51,482 nt of DNA from Synergistaceae bacterium. GTDB lineage: Bacteria > Synergistota > Synergistia > Synergistales > Synergistaceae. Where the stretch lies: assembly GCA_036803565.1 (NCBI GenBank), contig DAIRUD010000001.1, positions 1 to 51,482 of the forward strand. The letters run 5' to 3'. Position 1 is the stretch's first letter, and the number at the start of each line of letters is the position of its first letter. Position numbers and translations under genes: made by a program. Below are positions 26,286 to 37,852 of this stretch, in pieces. Under the pieces are notes generated by a model. The model had not been told where the DNA came from and did no database searches. It saw nothing but the letters and a program-made list of their open reading frames with translations.

Positions 26286-26377
26286 ATCCATTTCATAAGG
26301 ACCGTTGAGGGTAGCGGTGCCGTCGGCAGGCAGAACACCCTTTTTACGCTCCCCTGCGTTTCGCAGGGGATTTTTCT
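26286..26377 (+). ncRNA. candidate ~90-nt small RNA or terminator-type leader
   Basis: Bounded by the promoter above and the intrinsic terminator below. Contains an internal hairpin GGGU...ACCC followed by UUUUU. No ATG, and no Rfam family recognised by eye. Confidence 0.3.
26351..26377 (+). terminator. rho-independent terminator
   Basis: Perfect stem CCCCUGCG-uuu-CGCAGGGG followed by AUUUUUCU. Confidence 0.6.
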
Positions 26378-26468
26378 ACGTTGCTCCTTCGCCCGGTTCC
26401 CCCGCGCGCGAGAAAAGATTATCTGGTACAATTTGTCATATGCGGCGCGTTTTTCGCGCGCGGACGCC

Positions 26469-26825
26469 ATGGAGGGAACGTATTTGCGCGGATTCTTGAT
26501 CCTCTTTGTGATACTTCTTTTGCTCTTGACGCTGATGCCCTTTATCCTCGGCTTCGTCCTCTTTCTCATCGTCGTGTTCGGGGTGTTCGTCCTGTTGGCA
26601 AGGCTGGGCCTGCTGCCGGGTACGGTATACAGAACCTACACGTTTACCGAGACGGACGCGCCGCCGCAGCATAGCGACAGGCGGCGCAACAGGAGGAAAA
26701 TCGTCTTTGTGGAAGACACCCCGCCACCGAAGGCGGATGACGACTGGTATCAATCGGAGCAGGACGGCGAGGTCGTGACGCTGCCCGAGAGCGCCCTGAA
26801 AAAGGACGAAGACGAGCCCCTCTGA
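26469..26825 (+). CDS. hypothetical small membrane protein with an acidic C-terminal tail
   Basis: ATG 26469 (MEGTYLRGFLILFVILLLLL...). Two hydrophobic helices, then a charged tail. An extended -10 element TGGTACAAT at 26424-26432 would exclude the upstream TTG start at 26433. Confidence 0.5.
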   Translation: MEGTYLRGFLILFVILLLLLTLMPFILGFVLFLIVVFGVFVLLARLGLLPGTVYRTYTFTETDAPPQHSDRRRNRRKIVFVEDTPPPKADDDWYQSEQDGEVVTLPESALKKDEDEPL

Positions 26826-27051
26826 CGGAACGGGCCGGAGCGCGTCGCCATTTCGTCTATGGATCGGAAAAACCCTTACGGACCATCCTCGTCACGGGAC
26901 CTTTATTCCGCGCCCTCGTCGCCTTTGCGCTCCCGCCGATAAGGAGCGCGCGCAAACACAAACGCGCCGGCCCCATACAATGATCGTCGAAACAATCTCC
27001 GAAGCACCGAGAGGAGGGCGCTTCACCGCCGGGCGGTCGCGCGCATGAAGC

Positions 27052-27561
27052 CTAACGCGCCGCTTCCCTTTCCGGATGCGGATAGCCGCTGACCTTGCCG
27101 GTCATCTCCCGGATATCGATCCGCGCCACCCACACCGCCCCTTTGTTTTCCTCGGTGAGGTCGAGGTGCGGTCCGTCGTATTTCTTCATGATCGCGGCAA
27201 GCGCATGGTTTTTTTCCGCCAACGCAAGCAACTCGCGCGCTTCCCCGAAACCGATGATGCTGCGGTACCGCATGCTGAATTCCGAACCGATTTCGTCCCG
27301 CATCAACTCGAGGCCGACCGAGGCGTGAAAGGAAACCCTCGGGTTGGCCTCGATCAGATCCTTCTTCAGACCTTTGCCCGCACCGTGTATGTAGATCGTC
27401 CCGGACTCGAAGCCGAAACCGAGCGGCAGTACATACGGCGCCCCGTCGGGAGACGCCAACCCCAGATAGAGGACTTCGGCCTCCTCCAGTACGCGCTCCA
27501 TCCACGCCCGGTGTCGCACCGCCTTATCCGCCCTGCGCATCGCCACTCCGTCGAACGCCAT
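27052..27561 (-). CDS. pyridoxamine 5-prime-phosphate oxidase-fold protein (NimA/Pyridox_ox_2-like flavin reductase)
   Basis: 169 aa. MRRADKAV...ERVLEEAEVLYLGLASPDGAPYVLPLGFGFE...IYIHGA...GKK pattern is typical of the Nim/PNPOx-like family. Confidence 0.8.
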   Translation of the reverse strand: MAFDGVAMRRADKAVRHRAWMERVLEEAEVLYLGLASPDGAPYVLPLGFGFESGTIYIHGAGKGLKKDLIEANPRVSFHASVGLELMRDEIGSEFSMRYRSIIGFGEARELLALAEKNHALAAIMKKYDGPHLDLTEENKGAVWVARIDIREMTGKVSGYPHPEREAAR

Positions 27562-27621
27562 TTGTTCGTCTCCCTTCGTCGCTGAAACTCCGTCGCCGCA
27601 CCACGCAAGGCGACGCGAGGA

Positions 27622-28167
27622 TCACGATTTCGTCGCGGCTCGCAGATTCTCCAACACCTTCCTGTGACAATTCGCCGACTCCGCGGAAAAACAGACGAGG
27701 CGCACCTCCTCGATCGTCTCGTCGCCCCGCAGAAAATCCACCACGGTTGCGACGGCCACCTGCGCGGCATCCATCTTCGGGTATCCGTAAACGCCGGTCG
27801 AGATCGCCGGGAAAGCGACAGTCTTTGCGCCCAACCGAACCGCTTCCTCGAGCGAGCGTCGGTAGGCGGACGCCAAACGCGGCGGGTCCTCCGGGGCGGC
27901 GTGCCAGACCGGCCCGACGGTGTGAATGACCCATTTCGCCGGGAGGCGGTAGCCCCGCGTCGTCTTGGCGTCTCCCGTACGGCAACCGCCGAGCGCTCGG
28001 CATTCCTCGAGAAGCTCCGGCCCCGCCGCCCGATGGATCGCTCCATCCACGCCGCCGCCGCCCAAAAGCGTCTCGTTCGCGGCGTTCACGACGGCATCCA
28101 CACGCTGTCGGGTGATGTCCCCCTCGACGACGACGATCCGCTCCCATACGCTTCGCACAGTCCCCAT
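27622..28167 (-). CDS. macro-domain protein (O-acetyl-ADP-ribose deacetylase type)
   Basis: 181 aa. [28 protein letters not shown]...VIHTVGPVW...[13 protein letters not shown] are canonical macrodomain motifs. Confidence 0.9.
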   Translation of the reverse strand: MGTVRSVWERIVVVEGDITRQRVDAVVNAANETLLGGGGVDGAIHRAAGPELLEECRALGGCRTGDAKTTRGYRLPAKWVIHTVGPVWHAAPEDPPRLASAYRRSLEEAVRLGAKTVAFPAISTGVYGYPKMDAAQVAVATVVDFLRGDETIEEVRLVCFSAESANCHRKVLENLRAATKS

Positions 28168-28171
28168 GCCG

Positions 28172-28648
28172 CTATCCCTCCGACCAGAATCGCTTGAGTG
28201 GGAGGCGGCAGACCATGATCAGCGCATCCTCCGTCCCACCCGCGTAATACCCTTTCTCCCGCGCGGTGTAGACAAAACCGAGCCTAGCGTAAAAATCCCG
28301 CACACCACGGTCGGACGCGCGCACCTCCAACCGCATGCGGGAATCGCCCCACTCCTCCGCAATCGTCTCCGCGGCCAGCATCAACTGCGTTCCGATCCCT
28401 CTGTTCCTGGCATCGGGATGCACCGCCAGGTTCATGAGGTGCGCCGCACGCGCCGCGCGCCCCAACACGGCGTAACCGACGGGGATCGCCAACAGGGAAG
28501 CCTTGATATATGCCAGCTGCCCCAGGCGATTGCGGAGGTCGTTCTCCAAAACGTCGCGCTCCCAAGGGGACGGGAAGCACATCCGCTCGATTTCGCAGAT
28601 GGCGTCCAGATCCTCGGGAGCGCAAAAGCCGATATCCGCGATCTGCAT
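28172..28648 (-). CDS. rimI: GNAT N-acetyltransferase, RimI-like (ribosomal-protein-alanine acetyltransferase)
   Basis: From ATG 28648. FPSPW block, [19 protein letters not shown] acetyl-CoA motif, YARLGF. Confidence 0.75.
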   Translation of the reverse strand: MQIADIGFCAPEDLDAICEIERMCFPSPWERDVLENDLRNRLGQLAYIKASLLAIPVGYAVLGRAARAAHLMNLAVHPDARNRGIGTQLMLAAETIAEEWGDSRMRLEVRASDRGVRDFYARLGFVYTAREKGYYAGGTEDALIMVCRLPLKRFWSEG

Positions 28649-28656
28649 ACCGTTCG

Positions 28657-30898
<2,242 letters not shown>

Positions 30899-30937
30899 TT
30901 CCCGTCCTCCCGTTTCCGCGTCGCGCCGCAGCCGCTC

Positions 30938-32137
30938 TTATTTTTCTTTCTTCGGTGACAGCAGAACGTTGTTCATGACGCCGATCGCCTTCTGCAACTG
31001 CTTGTCCTCGGATTTCTCCACGACGGGACCGCCCTCCATCGGGTAGTCGGGCTCGAGGCCCTTCTGGTCGATGACGCGGCCGGAAGGCGTCGCGTAGCGC
31101 GCGATGGTCACGTACATGCCGGCGTTGTCGGGCAGGCTGTAAAGCTGCTGCACGGAACCCTTGCCGTAGCTCTTGGCTCCGACCAGCGGACCGCGCTTTC
31201 TGTCCTGTATGGCCCCGGCGACGATCTCCGACGCGCTTGCGCTCCCCTCGTTGATCATGACCACCACCGGCAGATCGGTCGCCCGCCCGGTGCTGGCGAA
31301 AAGGGCGTCGTCGAAGCGTTTCAACCGGCCCTCCATGCTGACGACCAGGCCGCCGTCGAGGAACTGCGAAGCGACGTCGACCGCGACGTTCAAGAGGCCG
31401 CCCGGGTTGTTGCGCATATCGAGGATGATACCCTTGGCTTCGTTCTTTTTCGCCTCGCCCATCGCCTCCGCAAGCTCCGTCGAGGTCTTGTGGTGGAAGT
31501 TGTTCAGGCGGATGTAGGCGATCTTGTCGATCATCTCCGAGCGCACGGTCTTGATGTTGATGATCTCTCGCTTGATATCGAAGGAGAGCAGTTCGTTCTC
31601 GCCGCTCCGGCGCATCCAGACGGTCACCGACGTATCCGGCGCCCCGCGCAGCATCTTCACCACTTCGTTCTGGTTCATGCCGACGACAACCGTATCGTCG
31701 ACCTTGACGATCTCGTCCATGGGCTTTACGCCCACGTTATAGGCAGGCGTCCCCTCGATCGGACTGATGACGAGAATCTTACCGTCCCGCTGGCCGACGT
31801 ACATGCCGAGCCCGCCGTACTCCCCCTCCATCTCCATGTTCTCTTCCTGCAGCTGCTCCGGCTCCACAAAGCGCGTATAGGGGTCGTCGATCGCCGCCAC
31901 CATGCCTCGGAGGGAGCCGTAAAACAGTTTGCTCTCCTCCGGATGTTTGTCCGCATCCACGTGATACGTTTCCAGGATGGAGCGCACCTGCCGCATCATC
32001 ATCAAATGATGCTGTGAAAAGGGCAGCAGCCGCGTCCACTCGTCCGCCCCGCTCGCCACTCCGGCGACCACGACGGCCGTCACCAGGACGCCGCCGACGA
32101 TCGCTCCGCACAAGAAATCCCTCAGTCTTTTATACAT
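30938..32137 (-). CDS. ctpA: carboxyl-terminal processing protease (S41, PDZ-containing)
   Basis: 399 aa. PDZ region (GTPAYNVGVKPMDEIVKVD), LDMRNNPGGL, and GSASASEI with the catalytic Ser. Confidence 0.9.
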   Translation of the reverse strand: MYKRLRDFLCGAIVGGVLVTAVVVAGVASGADEWTRLLPFSQHHLMMMRQVRSILETYHVDADKHPEESKLFYGSLRGMVAAIDDPYTRFVEPEQLQEENMEMEGEYGGLGMYVGQRDGKILVISPIEGTPAYNVGVKPMDEIVKVDDTVVVGMNQNEVVKMLRGAPDTSVTVWMRRSGENELLSFDIKREIINIKTVRSEMIDKIAYIRLNNFHHKTSTELAEAMGEAKKNEAKGIILDMRNNPGGLLNVAVDVASQFLDGGLVVSMEGRLKRFDDALFASTGRATDLPVVVMINEGSASASEIVAGAIQDRKRGPLVGAKSYGKGSVQQLYSLPDNAGMYVTIARYATPSGRVIDQKGLEPDYPMEGGPVVEKSEDKQLQKAIGVMNNVLLSPKKEK

Positions 32138-32174
32138 TTAGAACTCCGATCCCGAAACCGTCCCGAAATACCTG

Positions 32175-33386
32175 TTATCTCAGGTATTTCAAGGGGTCCG
32201 TCGTATTGCCGTTCACCCGCACCTCGAAGTGCAGATGATCGCCCGTCGCCACGCCGGTCGAACCGACACGTCCGATTTTGTCTCCCATTTTCACCTTTGC
32301 GTTCTCCTTCGTGTCGATCCCCGAGAGGTGCGCGTAAACCGTCGTCAGGTTCCCGCCGTGATCCAGAATGACCACCTGCCCGTAACCGCGCAGCCAGCCG
32401 GTAAAAAGCACTTCGCCGTCGGAAGCGGCGCGCACCGGATCGCCCTTTTTCCCGTCGATGTCCAAGCCGGAATGCATGGCCCGCGTCTTGAATACGGGGT
32501 GGACGCGGCTTCCGTACTGGCTGGTGAGCTTGCCTTTCAGCGGCCAGGCCAGTTTCCCGCCGGTATAGTAGACGGGCGTCGACGTGTTGTTCGCCGACTG
32601 CATTTTCTTTTTCGCGGCCAACAGTTGGTTGACCTTGCCCTTAAGCTCGTTGGAGGCCTTGCGTAACTCTTCCTGCTCGGCCATGAAGAGGGCCTTGTCC
32701 TTGCGGACCTTCTGCAGCAGGTCGTTTCGATCCTTGGAAGTGCGCTGGATCGAGGTTTTTTGTTTTTCCAGATCCTTATTGCGGCTGTCCAACTCCGTGC
32801 GCTGCTTGACCAATTCGGTGCGCGCCCGGTCGAGTATCGCTTTCTGATGAGTCAGCTCGGCGATCAGCGCCCGATCCTGCTCCGCGATCTTGGAGAGCAG
32901 GTAGGTCGTCGACATCGCGTCCTGCGCGCCGGTGGCCGACAGGAAAAGGTTGAACTCGGCAACGCCGCCGTACTTGTACACGGCCACCATGCGGTTGCTC
33001 AGCAGTCGCTTGGCTTCCTCGATGCGCGCCTCCGTCGTCTTGATCTTCTGCTGCGTGTCGGAAAGCTTGTTCGCCGTCTGGTTCAACTTCAATTGCGTTA
33101 CGTGCAGGCGCGACTCCGCCTCCGCCATCTTATTGCTCAAGGAGGAGATGTCCTTGATGATCTTGTTTTCCTTCTGGCTCGCGTCCTTGAGTTTTTTCTC
33201 GTTTTCCTTGATTTGCCTGACGATCTTCTGATGGTTTTTCTCCTGCGCCTGGATTTCCCTCTCCAGGTCGCTCATCTTCTTCTCGGCGGCACCGGCCTGC
33301 GCAACGCAGCATAACGAAAGGAGGACGAATACCAAAAACGCTCCGAGCATGCTCCGGCGATTCCCAAGAGAGTTCCTTTTTGTCAT
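32175..33386 (-). CDS. envC: EnvC-like murein hydrolase activator (coiled-coil plus M23/LytM domain)
   Basis: Start at ATG 33386 after GAGAGGAGA. Signal peptide, long coiled-coil, C-terminal M23 domain (HSGLDI...GDHLHFEVR). Confidence 0.85.
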   Translation of the reverse strand: MTKRNSLGNRRSMLGAFLVFVLLSLCCVAQAGAAEKKMSDLEREIQAQEKNHQKIVRQIKENEKKLKDASQKENKIIKDISSLSNKMAEAESRLHVTQLKLNQTANKLSDTQQKIKTTEARIEEAKRLLSNRMVAVYKYGGVAEFNLFLSATGAQDAMSTTYLLSKIAEQDRALIAELTHQKAILDRARTELVKQRTELDSRNKDLEKQKTSIQRTSKDRNDLLQKVRKDKALFMAEQEELRKASNELKGKVNQLLAAKKKMQSANNTSTPVYYTGGKLAWPLKGKLTSQYGSRVHPVFKTRAMHSGLDIDGKKGDPVRAASDGEVLFTGWLRGYGQVVILDHGGNLTTVYAHLSGIDTKENAKVKMGDKIGRVGSTGVATGDHLHFEVRVNGNTTDPLKYLR

Positions 33387-33449
33387 TCCAGCGTCTCCTC
33401 TCAAAAAATACATATAGGTTCCCTTATTATAGTCCGACATTAAGAAAAT

Positions 33450-34337
33450 TTAAAGCGGTCGCATCGCGCGTTTCGTAAACGTCTCCACCGCCACCAAGCT
33501 CGCCAGCAGGCTGACCACGGCACCCGCCCCGACGAGGATCACGCCGAGCCGCATGACCACCGTGCCCTTTTCCAGGAACGGCAGAAAATGCAGCAGTTCG
33601 CGCAACTGGGAGACGATCCCGTTGTAGCTGACTGCGAGCAGGATGCTCGCCCCGAAGGAGCCCAGGGCTCCGAGAATGACGCCTTGCAGGACGAACGGCA
33701 GCGCGACGAAGGTCGGAGTCGCGCCGACCATCAGCATGATGCCGATCTCCTCTTCCTTCGAGTAGACGGCGATACGGATCGTGTTGAAGAGGACGACCGC
33801 GCTGGCGGTGACGGCGACGACGAGGATCGCGAAGGAGAATTGCCCCGAAAAACGGGAGAATCGGGTCAGCTTCTCCGCGATCGTCCCCGCGTAGACGACG
33901 TCCGTCACCTGCGGAACGGCGTTCAGGGAATCCGCCACGACCTTGACGCTGTTGGCCCGGTCCACCCAGATTTCCAAACTCGCCGGGAGCGGGTTGTTCC
34001 CGAGGATATCGATCACCGCGCCCTGTTCCGCCGGCAAGCGGTCCTTCAAGCGCTGCAGCGCCATTTCCTCCGTCACGACGTTCACCTTCGTGATGTGCGG
34101 CAGGGATGCCACCGCCGCCGCCGCCGCTTCGTGATTCGCCCCCGGCGCGAGGTAGGCCTGGATGGAAAGCTCTCCCTCCAGCACGCTTACGATATGGCGC
34201 GTGTTGAGAACCAAAAGAACGCTGGCTCCGATCAGATAGAAGACCGCCGTCGATGTCAGGATCGTCAGAAAGGAAAGGCCCCAGTGCCGGAAAATCAGCC
34301 TCGCGGCATCGCGAAAAGCGTACTTAAAACTCCCCAT
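33450..34337 (-). CDS. ftsX: cell division ABC transporter permease FtsX
   Basis: 295 aa. TM1, a large periplasmic loop, then three C-terminal TM helices. Directly follows ftsE with a 14-nt overlap. Confidence 0.9.
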   Translation of the reverse strand: MGSFKYAFRDAARLIFRHWGLSFLTILTSTAVFYLIGASVLLVLNTRHIVSVLEGELSIQAYLAPGANHEAAAAAVASLPHITKVNVVTEEMALQRLKDRLPAEQGAVIDILGNNPLPASLEIWVDRANSVKVVADSLNAVPQVTDVVYAGTIAEKLTRFSRFSGQFSFAILVVAVTASAVVLFNTIRIAVYSKEEEIGIMLMVGATPTFVALPFVLQGVILGALGSFGASILLAVSYNGIVSQLRELLHFLPFLEKGTVVMRLGVILVGAGAVVSLLASLVAVETFTKRAMRPL

Positions 34338-35019
34338 CGAGATTATACCTCCCGCGCTTTTCGTCCCGCACGACCCGCCCGCCGCGAATGCCGACGACGC
34401 GCTGCCGATATGCGTCCACGAGATATTGGTTGTGTGTCGCCATGATTACCGTCGTACCGAGCGCATTGATGGAAATGATCAACTGCATGATTTCCTCCGC
34501 TGTGTGCAGGTCGAGGTTGCCGGTGGGTTCGTCGGCCAACAACACGGAGGGCGCGTTGACGATGGCCCGCGCCACCGCGACGCGCTGCTGCTCGCCGCCC
34601 GAGAGCTGGGGCGGATAAAGGAAGCGCCGCCGCCAAAGGTTTACCTGATCGAGGATCTCCCCCGTCCGCTCCTTGACCTCGCGCGGCGGAACCCCCAGCA
34701 CCTCGAGGACGAAGGCGACGTTTTCGAAGACGTTCAGATGGGGGAGCAGGCAGAAATCCTGAAAGATCACGCCGATGTCGCGGCGGAATATGGAGAGGTC
34801 CACCCGGCTGATTTTCCGCAACGAAAAAGAGCCGACCGAGATCTGCCCCCTGGTCGGCGCAACTTCCCTCGTGATGCAACGAAGCAGGGTCGTCTTCCCG
34901 GAACCCGTCGGGCCGACGAGATAGACGAATTCCCCCTTGGGTATTTCCAGATACACATCTTCCAAAGCCGTTATGTCGGGGTAGAAGATCTTGCTCACCC
35001 CTGAAAAACGAATATCCAT
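34324..35019 (-). CDS. ftsE: cell division ATP-binding protein FtsE
   Basis: 231 aa. Walker A GPTGSGKTT, signature LSGGEQQR, Walker B LLADEPTG. Confidence 0.95.
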   Translation of the reverse strand: MDIRFSGVSKIFYPDITALEDVYLEIPKGEFVYLVGPTGSGKTTLLRCITREVAPTRGQISVGSFSLRKISRVDLSIFRRDIGVIFQDFCLLPHLNVFENVAFVLEVLGVPPREVKERTGEILDQVNLWRRRFLYPPQLSGGEQQRVAVARAIVNAPSVLLADEPTGNLDLHTAEEIMQLIISINALGTTVIMATHNQYLVDAYRQRVVGIRGGRVVRDEKRGRYNLDGEF

Positions 35020-35021
35020 GG

Positions 35022-35948
35022 TTACCTCCTGCGCATGGCCAACACCTGCACCACGTTATGGACGATCTCACGATGCGTGAGCCCGTAGTACTCCTGGAGC
35101 TCGTCGGGCATCCCGCTCTGCCCGAAATCGTCGTCGATCGCGATATTCCGGACCGGAACCGAGTAGCTTCTGCACAAACACTCCGCGACCGCGCCGTACA
35201 GCCCGGCCACACCCATATGTTTCTCGGCGACGACGCAGCACCCCGTCCGGCGGACGGAGGCGAGGAGCAACTCCTCGGGGAACGGCTTGATACTGTAGCA
35301 ATCGATGACGTCCGCCTCGATCCCCTGCTGCGACAATACCGCTGCAGCCCGCAACGCTTCGCCGACCATGATGCCGTTCGCACATATGGTAACCCCATCG
35401 CCCTCGGATAGCAACCTTGCACCGCCCGCATGAAAGTCGAAATCGTCGGCATCGTATATTTCCGCGGTGACCATCCGACTCAGCCGGATATACGCGGGCC
35501 CCGGCAGCGAGGCGAGTTGGAGCGTCAGTCGGTAAGCACTCTGCATGTCCGCCGGAGATAAAACCGTCATTCGCGGCAGGACGCGCATCAGGGCGAAGTC
35601 CTCGTTCATCTGGCGCACCGCGCCGTCCCGGTTGAGCGTCTTTCCGTCCTGTACGGAGGAAAGCACCACGCCGAGACCGGGAATTGCGATCGCGGAGCGG
35701 ATCTGTTCGTAGCTCCGCGCGATATAGGTCGGCGAGGCGAGCGCGGAGACAAAGACACGCTTTCCCGTCAACGCCAATCCGGCGGCGGCGAGAATCATCG
35801 TCTGCTCCGCCAGATCCGCCGTCACGTGCGGCTGCGAGGCCGTGCGCGCGGCACCCGCCTCGAGGAAGACGACCTCGGGATGCTCCCGCTCGATCTCCGC
35901 GATCGCCCGGCAGTATCCCGTATATGTACTGTGCGGCGAAACGCTCAT
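35022..35948 (-). CDS. transketolase C-terminal-section-like protein with degenerate active-site motifs
   Basis: From ATG 35948. Pyrimidine-binding plus C-terminal domain layout (DLAEQTMILAAAGLA, YEQIR, IKPFPEE), but the usual G-x-DG-x-T-H-Q block reads NRDGAVRQ. Confidence 0.8.
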   Translation of the reverse strand: MSVSPHSTYTGYCRAIAEIEREHPEVVFLEAGAARTASQPHVTADLAEQTMILAAAGLALTGKRVFVSALASPTYIARSYEQIRSAIAIPGLGVVLSSVQDGKTLNRDGAVRQMNEDFALMRVLPRMTVLSPADMQSAYRLTLQLASLPGPAYIRLSRMVTAEIYDADDFDFHAGGARLLSEGDGVTICANGIMVGEALRAAAVLSQQGIEADVIDCYSIKPFPEELLLASVRRTGCCVVAEKHMGVAGLYGAVAECLCRSYSVPVRNIAIDDDFGQSGMPDELQEYYGLTHREIVHNVVQVLAMRRR

Positions 35949-36784
35949 CTCGCCCTTCCCTCCGGACGCCCTCTCCGCTCCAACGCCGTGAGCGCGTTGT
36001 CGATGTCGTCGCTGGTGATCGGGTCCGCGGTGTCGGCCGCGGCGTCGAAAATGCGGAAAGAGGCCTCGTCGCCGTCCTGCACGGTGTGCAGGATCAAAAC
36101 CTTGGGGACATCCTCCGCCGCCTCCAAAGTGGCGAACGCGGCCTCGATCGCCGCGAAATCGTGTCCGTCCGTCTCGCACACACGCCAACCCCAGGCGCCG
36201 AGACGCTCTTTCAAGACACGCAGGCGCCCCCCCGCATCGTCCGCGTTCAGGGGTGCGTCGAGCAGCAGCACCAAATTTCCCAGACGGCAATCGGCAGCCG
36301 TCTCCAAGGACTCCCAGGCGACGCCCTCCCGCAATTCCTCCTCGCCGGCAAGACAGTACACGTTGGCGGCGATACCCTGCATGCGCAACCCCAAACAGAT
36401 TCCACAGGCGACGCCGATACCGTCCCCGGCGACGCCTCCCGGCGCGTCGACGCCCGGCGTCCGCAAATCCGGATAGCCCTGCAACATCGCGCCCAATCTG
36501 CGATAACTCCAGAGTTCGTCTCTGCCGAAATACCCCCGGCGCGAGAGGCAGGCGTACAGGGCGGCAGCCGCCAACCCCTTGCTCAGGACGACGCGGTCGC
36601 GGTCGTCCCGGTTTCGCCTCTCCGGCGAAGTGCGCAGGTGCGCCCAGTAAAGATAAACCAACACGTCCGCCGCGGTCAGCGCCGCCGAAAGGCCGTGCGC
36701 CCGCGCGACTCCCATCATCCGGACGATGTCCTTACGCACCTCGAGCGCGACCTGTTCCAGTTCCGCCCGTTTGCCGTCATCCAT
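35945..36784 (-). CDS. transketolase N-terminal-section-like protein with degenerate ThDP/Mg motifs
   Basis: 279 aa. Recognisable fold blocks (DRDRVVLSKG..AAALYA, LQGYP, EGVAWES, TDGHD), but SKGH reads SKGL, GHP reads GYP, and GDG reads AGE. ATGA overlap with the downstream subunit gene. Confidence 0.8.
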   Translation of the reverse strand: MDDGKRAELEQVALEVRKDIVRMMGVARAHGLSAALTAADVLVYLYWAHLRTSPERRNRDDRDRVVLSKGLAAAALYACLSRRGYFGRDELWSYRRLGAMLQGYPDLRTPGVDAPGGVAGDGIGVACGICLGLRMQGIAANVYCLAGEEELREGVAWESLETAADCRLGNLVLLLDAPLNADDAGGRLRVLKERLGAWGWRVCETDGHDFAAIEAAFATLEAAEDVPKVLILHTVQDGDEASFRIFDAAADTADPITSDDIDNALTALERRGRPEGRAR

Positions 36785-36787
36785 ATG

Positions 36788-37852
36788 TCATCCCCCAGAC
36801 ACGCAGCCCAACCCGATGCGAAATTGTTCGACGACGGCGGCGCGCGCGCGCTCCAACTCTTCGCGGCCCACAGTGGGCGAAGCTGTCAGCAACTGCATTA
36901 TATCAAAAAAGTTATCCGTTCCTTTTTTATTTTCCAAAAGACCGATCCCCCACTGTCGGGCAAACCCCTCCACCTTCGGGTCGTACGACGAGAGCAACGC
37001 GCGTAGGCCGAAGAACGCCGACAATACGCCGAAGTGCAGCCGCATGCCGATGCCGCCGCAGGCGTCGCGCGCCAATGCGCCGAACGCATCCATGTCGTCC
37101 ACCCGCACGACGGGAAAGGCGGGAATCTCCCCGGTCCGCTGGAGGCGCAGGAACTCCGCCCGATCCTCCTCGGCTAAGGCGACGCCCCGCAATGAGCGGC
37201 CGCCTTCCGCACAGCAGCGGACGGCGTGCGCAATCGCCGCGAGCGCGTCACCGCGCCTTCGCGTGGGGCGCAGATTGACGAGGATCTCTCCGTCGGGATC
37301 GGCGGGGTTGGCATGGTCCGGCGGACGGAAACCCAGAACGAGGTCGGGCATCGTTTCCGCCCGGACGCCCACGGAGTCCAACAGCGCGTGGGAGATTTCG
37401 TCGCGCACCGCAAGGTAAGCGCAACGGGAAAGGGCGTTCCGCGCAAGCCACCGGGCCAGCCCGCTCCGCAGTGGGCCGACCGATTGCCCGAGCGCCCACA
37501 CTTTTTTTCCCAACGACCCGGCCAGACGCACCAACCACCAGTAATAGAAGGGCGACCGCAGGCTGCTCGCATCCTGGAAAAGACCGCCGCCCGCGAAAAG
37601 AAGCGAGCCGGAGGCGGCGACCGCCGCGCGCACGACCGGAATGCGCCACCTGTCGAAGGCCGATATGCCCAAGCTGTCCCGCGCGTCGGCCGGAGTTGCC
37701 GAGAGGATCGCGATCCGCCTTCTCTCGACGCCGCATTCTATCAGCCGTTCCACCGCGGAACGGGCGAGCAACTCGTCCCCCAGATTGCCGAAGCCGAAAT
37801 AACCGGCGAGCAGGACGTCGAAGGTCCCTGCGGGAAGACGCCGCAAGGTCAA
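36788..37852 (-). CDS. csaB: polysaccharide pyruvyl transferase CsaB
   Basis: TTG start at 37852 overlapping the upstream stop (TTGA). GYFGFGNLGDELL, LLFAGGGLFQD and VRDEIS blocks are typical of CsaB/PS_pyruv_trans. The exact start is uncertain. Confidence 0.8.
   Translation of the reverse strand: MTLRRLPAGTFDVLLAGYFGFGNLGDELLARSAVERLIECGVERRRIAILSATPADARDSLGISAFDRWRIPVVRAAVAASGSLLFAGGGLFQDASSLRSPFYYWWLVRLAGSLGKKVWALGQSVGPLRSGLARWLARNALSRCAYLAVRDEISHALLDSVGVRAETMPDLVLGFRPPDHANPADPDGEILVNLRPTRRRGDALAAIAHAVRCCAEGGRSLRGVALAEEDRAEFLRLQRTGEIPAFPVVRVDDMDAFGALARDACGGIGMRLHFGVLSAFFGLRALLSSYDPKVEGFARQWGIGLLENKKGTDNFFDIMQLLTASPTVGREELERARAAVVEQFRIGLGCVSGG

Noticed and set aside
26307-26345. Partial resemblance to the yybP-ykoY (Mn2+) riboswitch: GAGGGUAGCG ... 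AGAACACCCUUU against GGGGAGUAGCG ... AGCAAGACCUUU.
   Set aside because: Only about 15 nt separate the two blocks, which is far too short for the four-way junction of that class. The resemblance is probably coincidental.
26305-26499. 64-aa plus-strand ORF starting at TTG inside the sRNA candidate. Also the Lys/Arg-rich antisense ORF at 26228-26569(-).
   Set aside because: The first reads straight through a perfect intrinsic terminator. The second is antisense to a hydrophobic membrane ORF and looks like a frame shadow.
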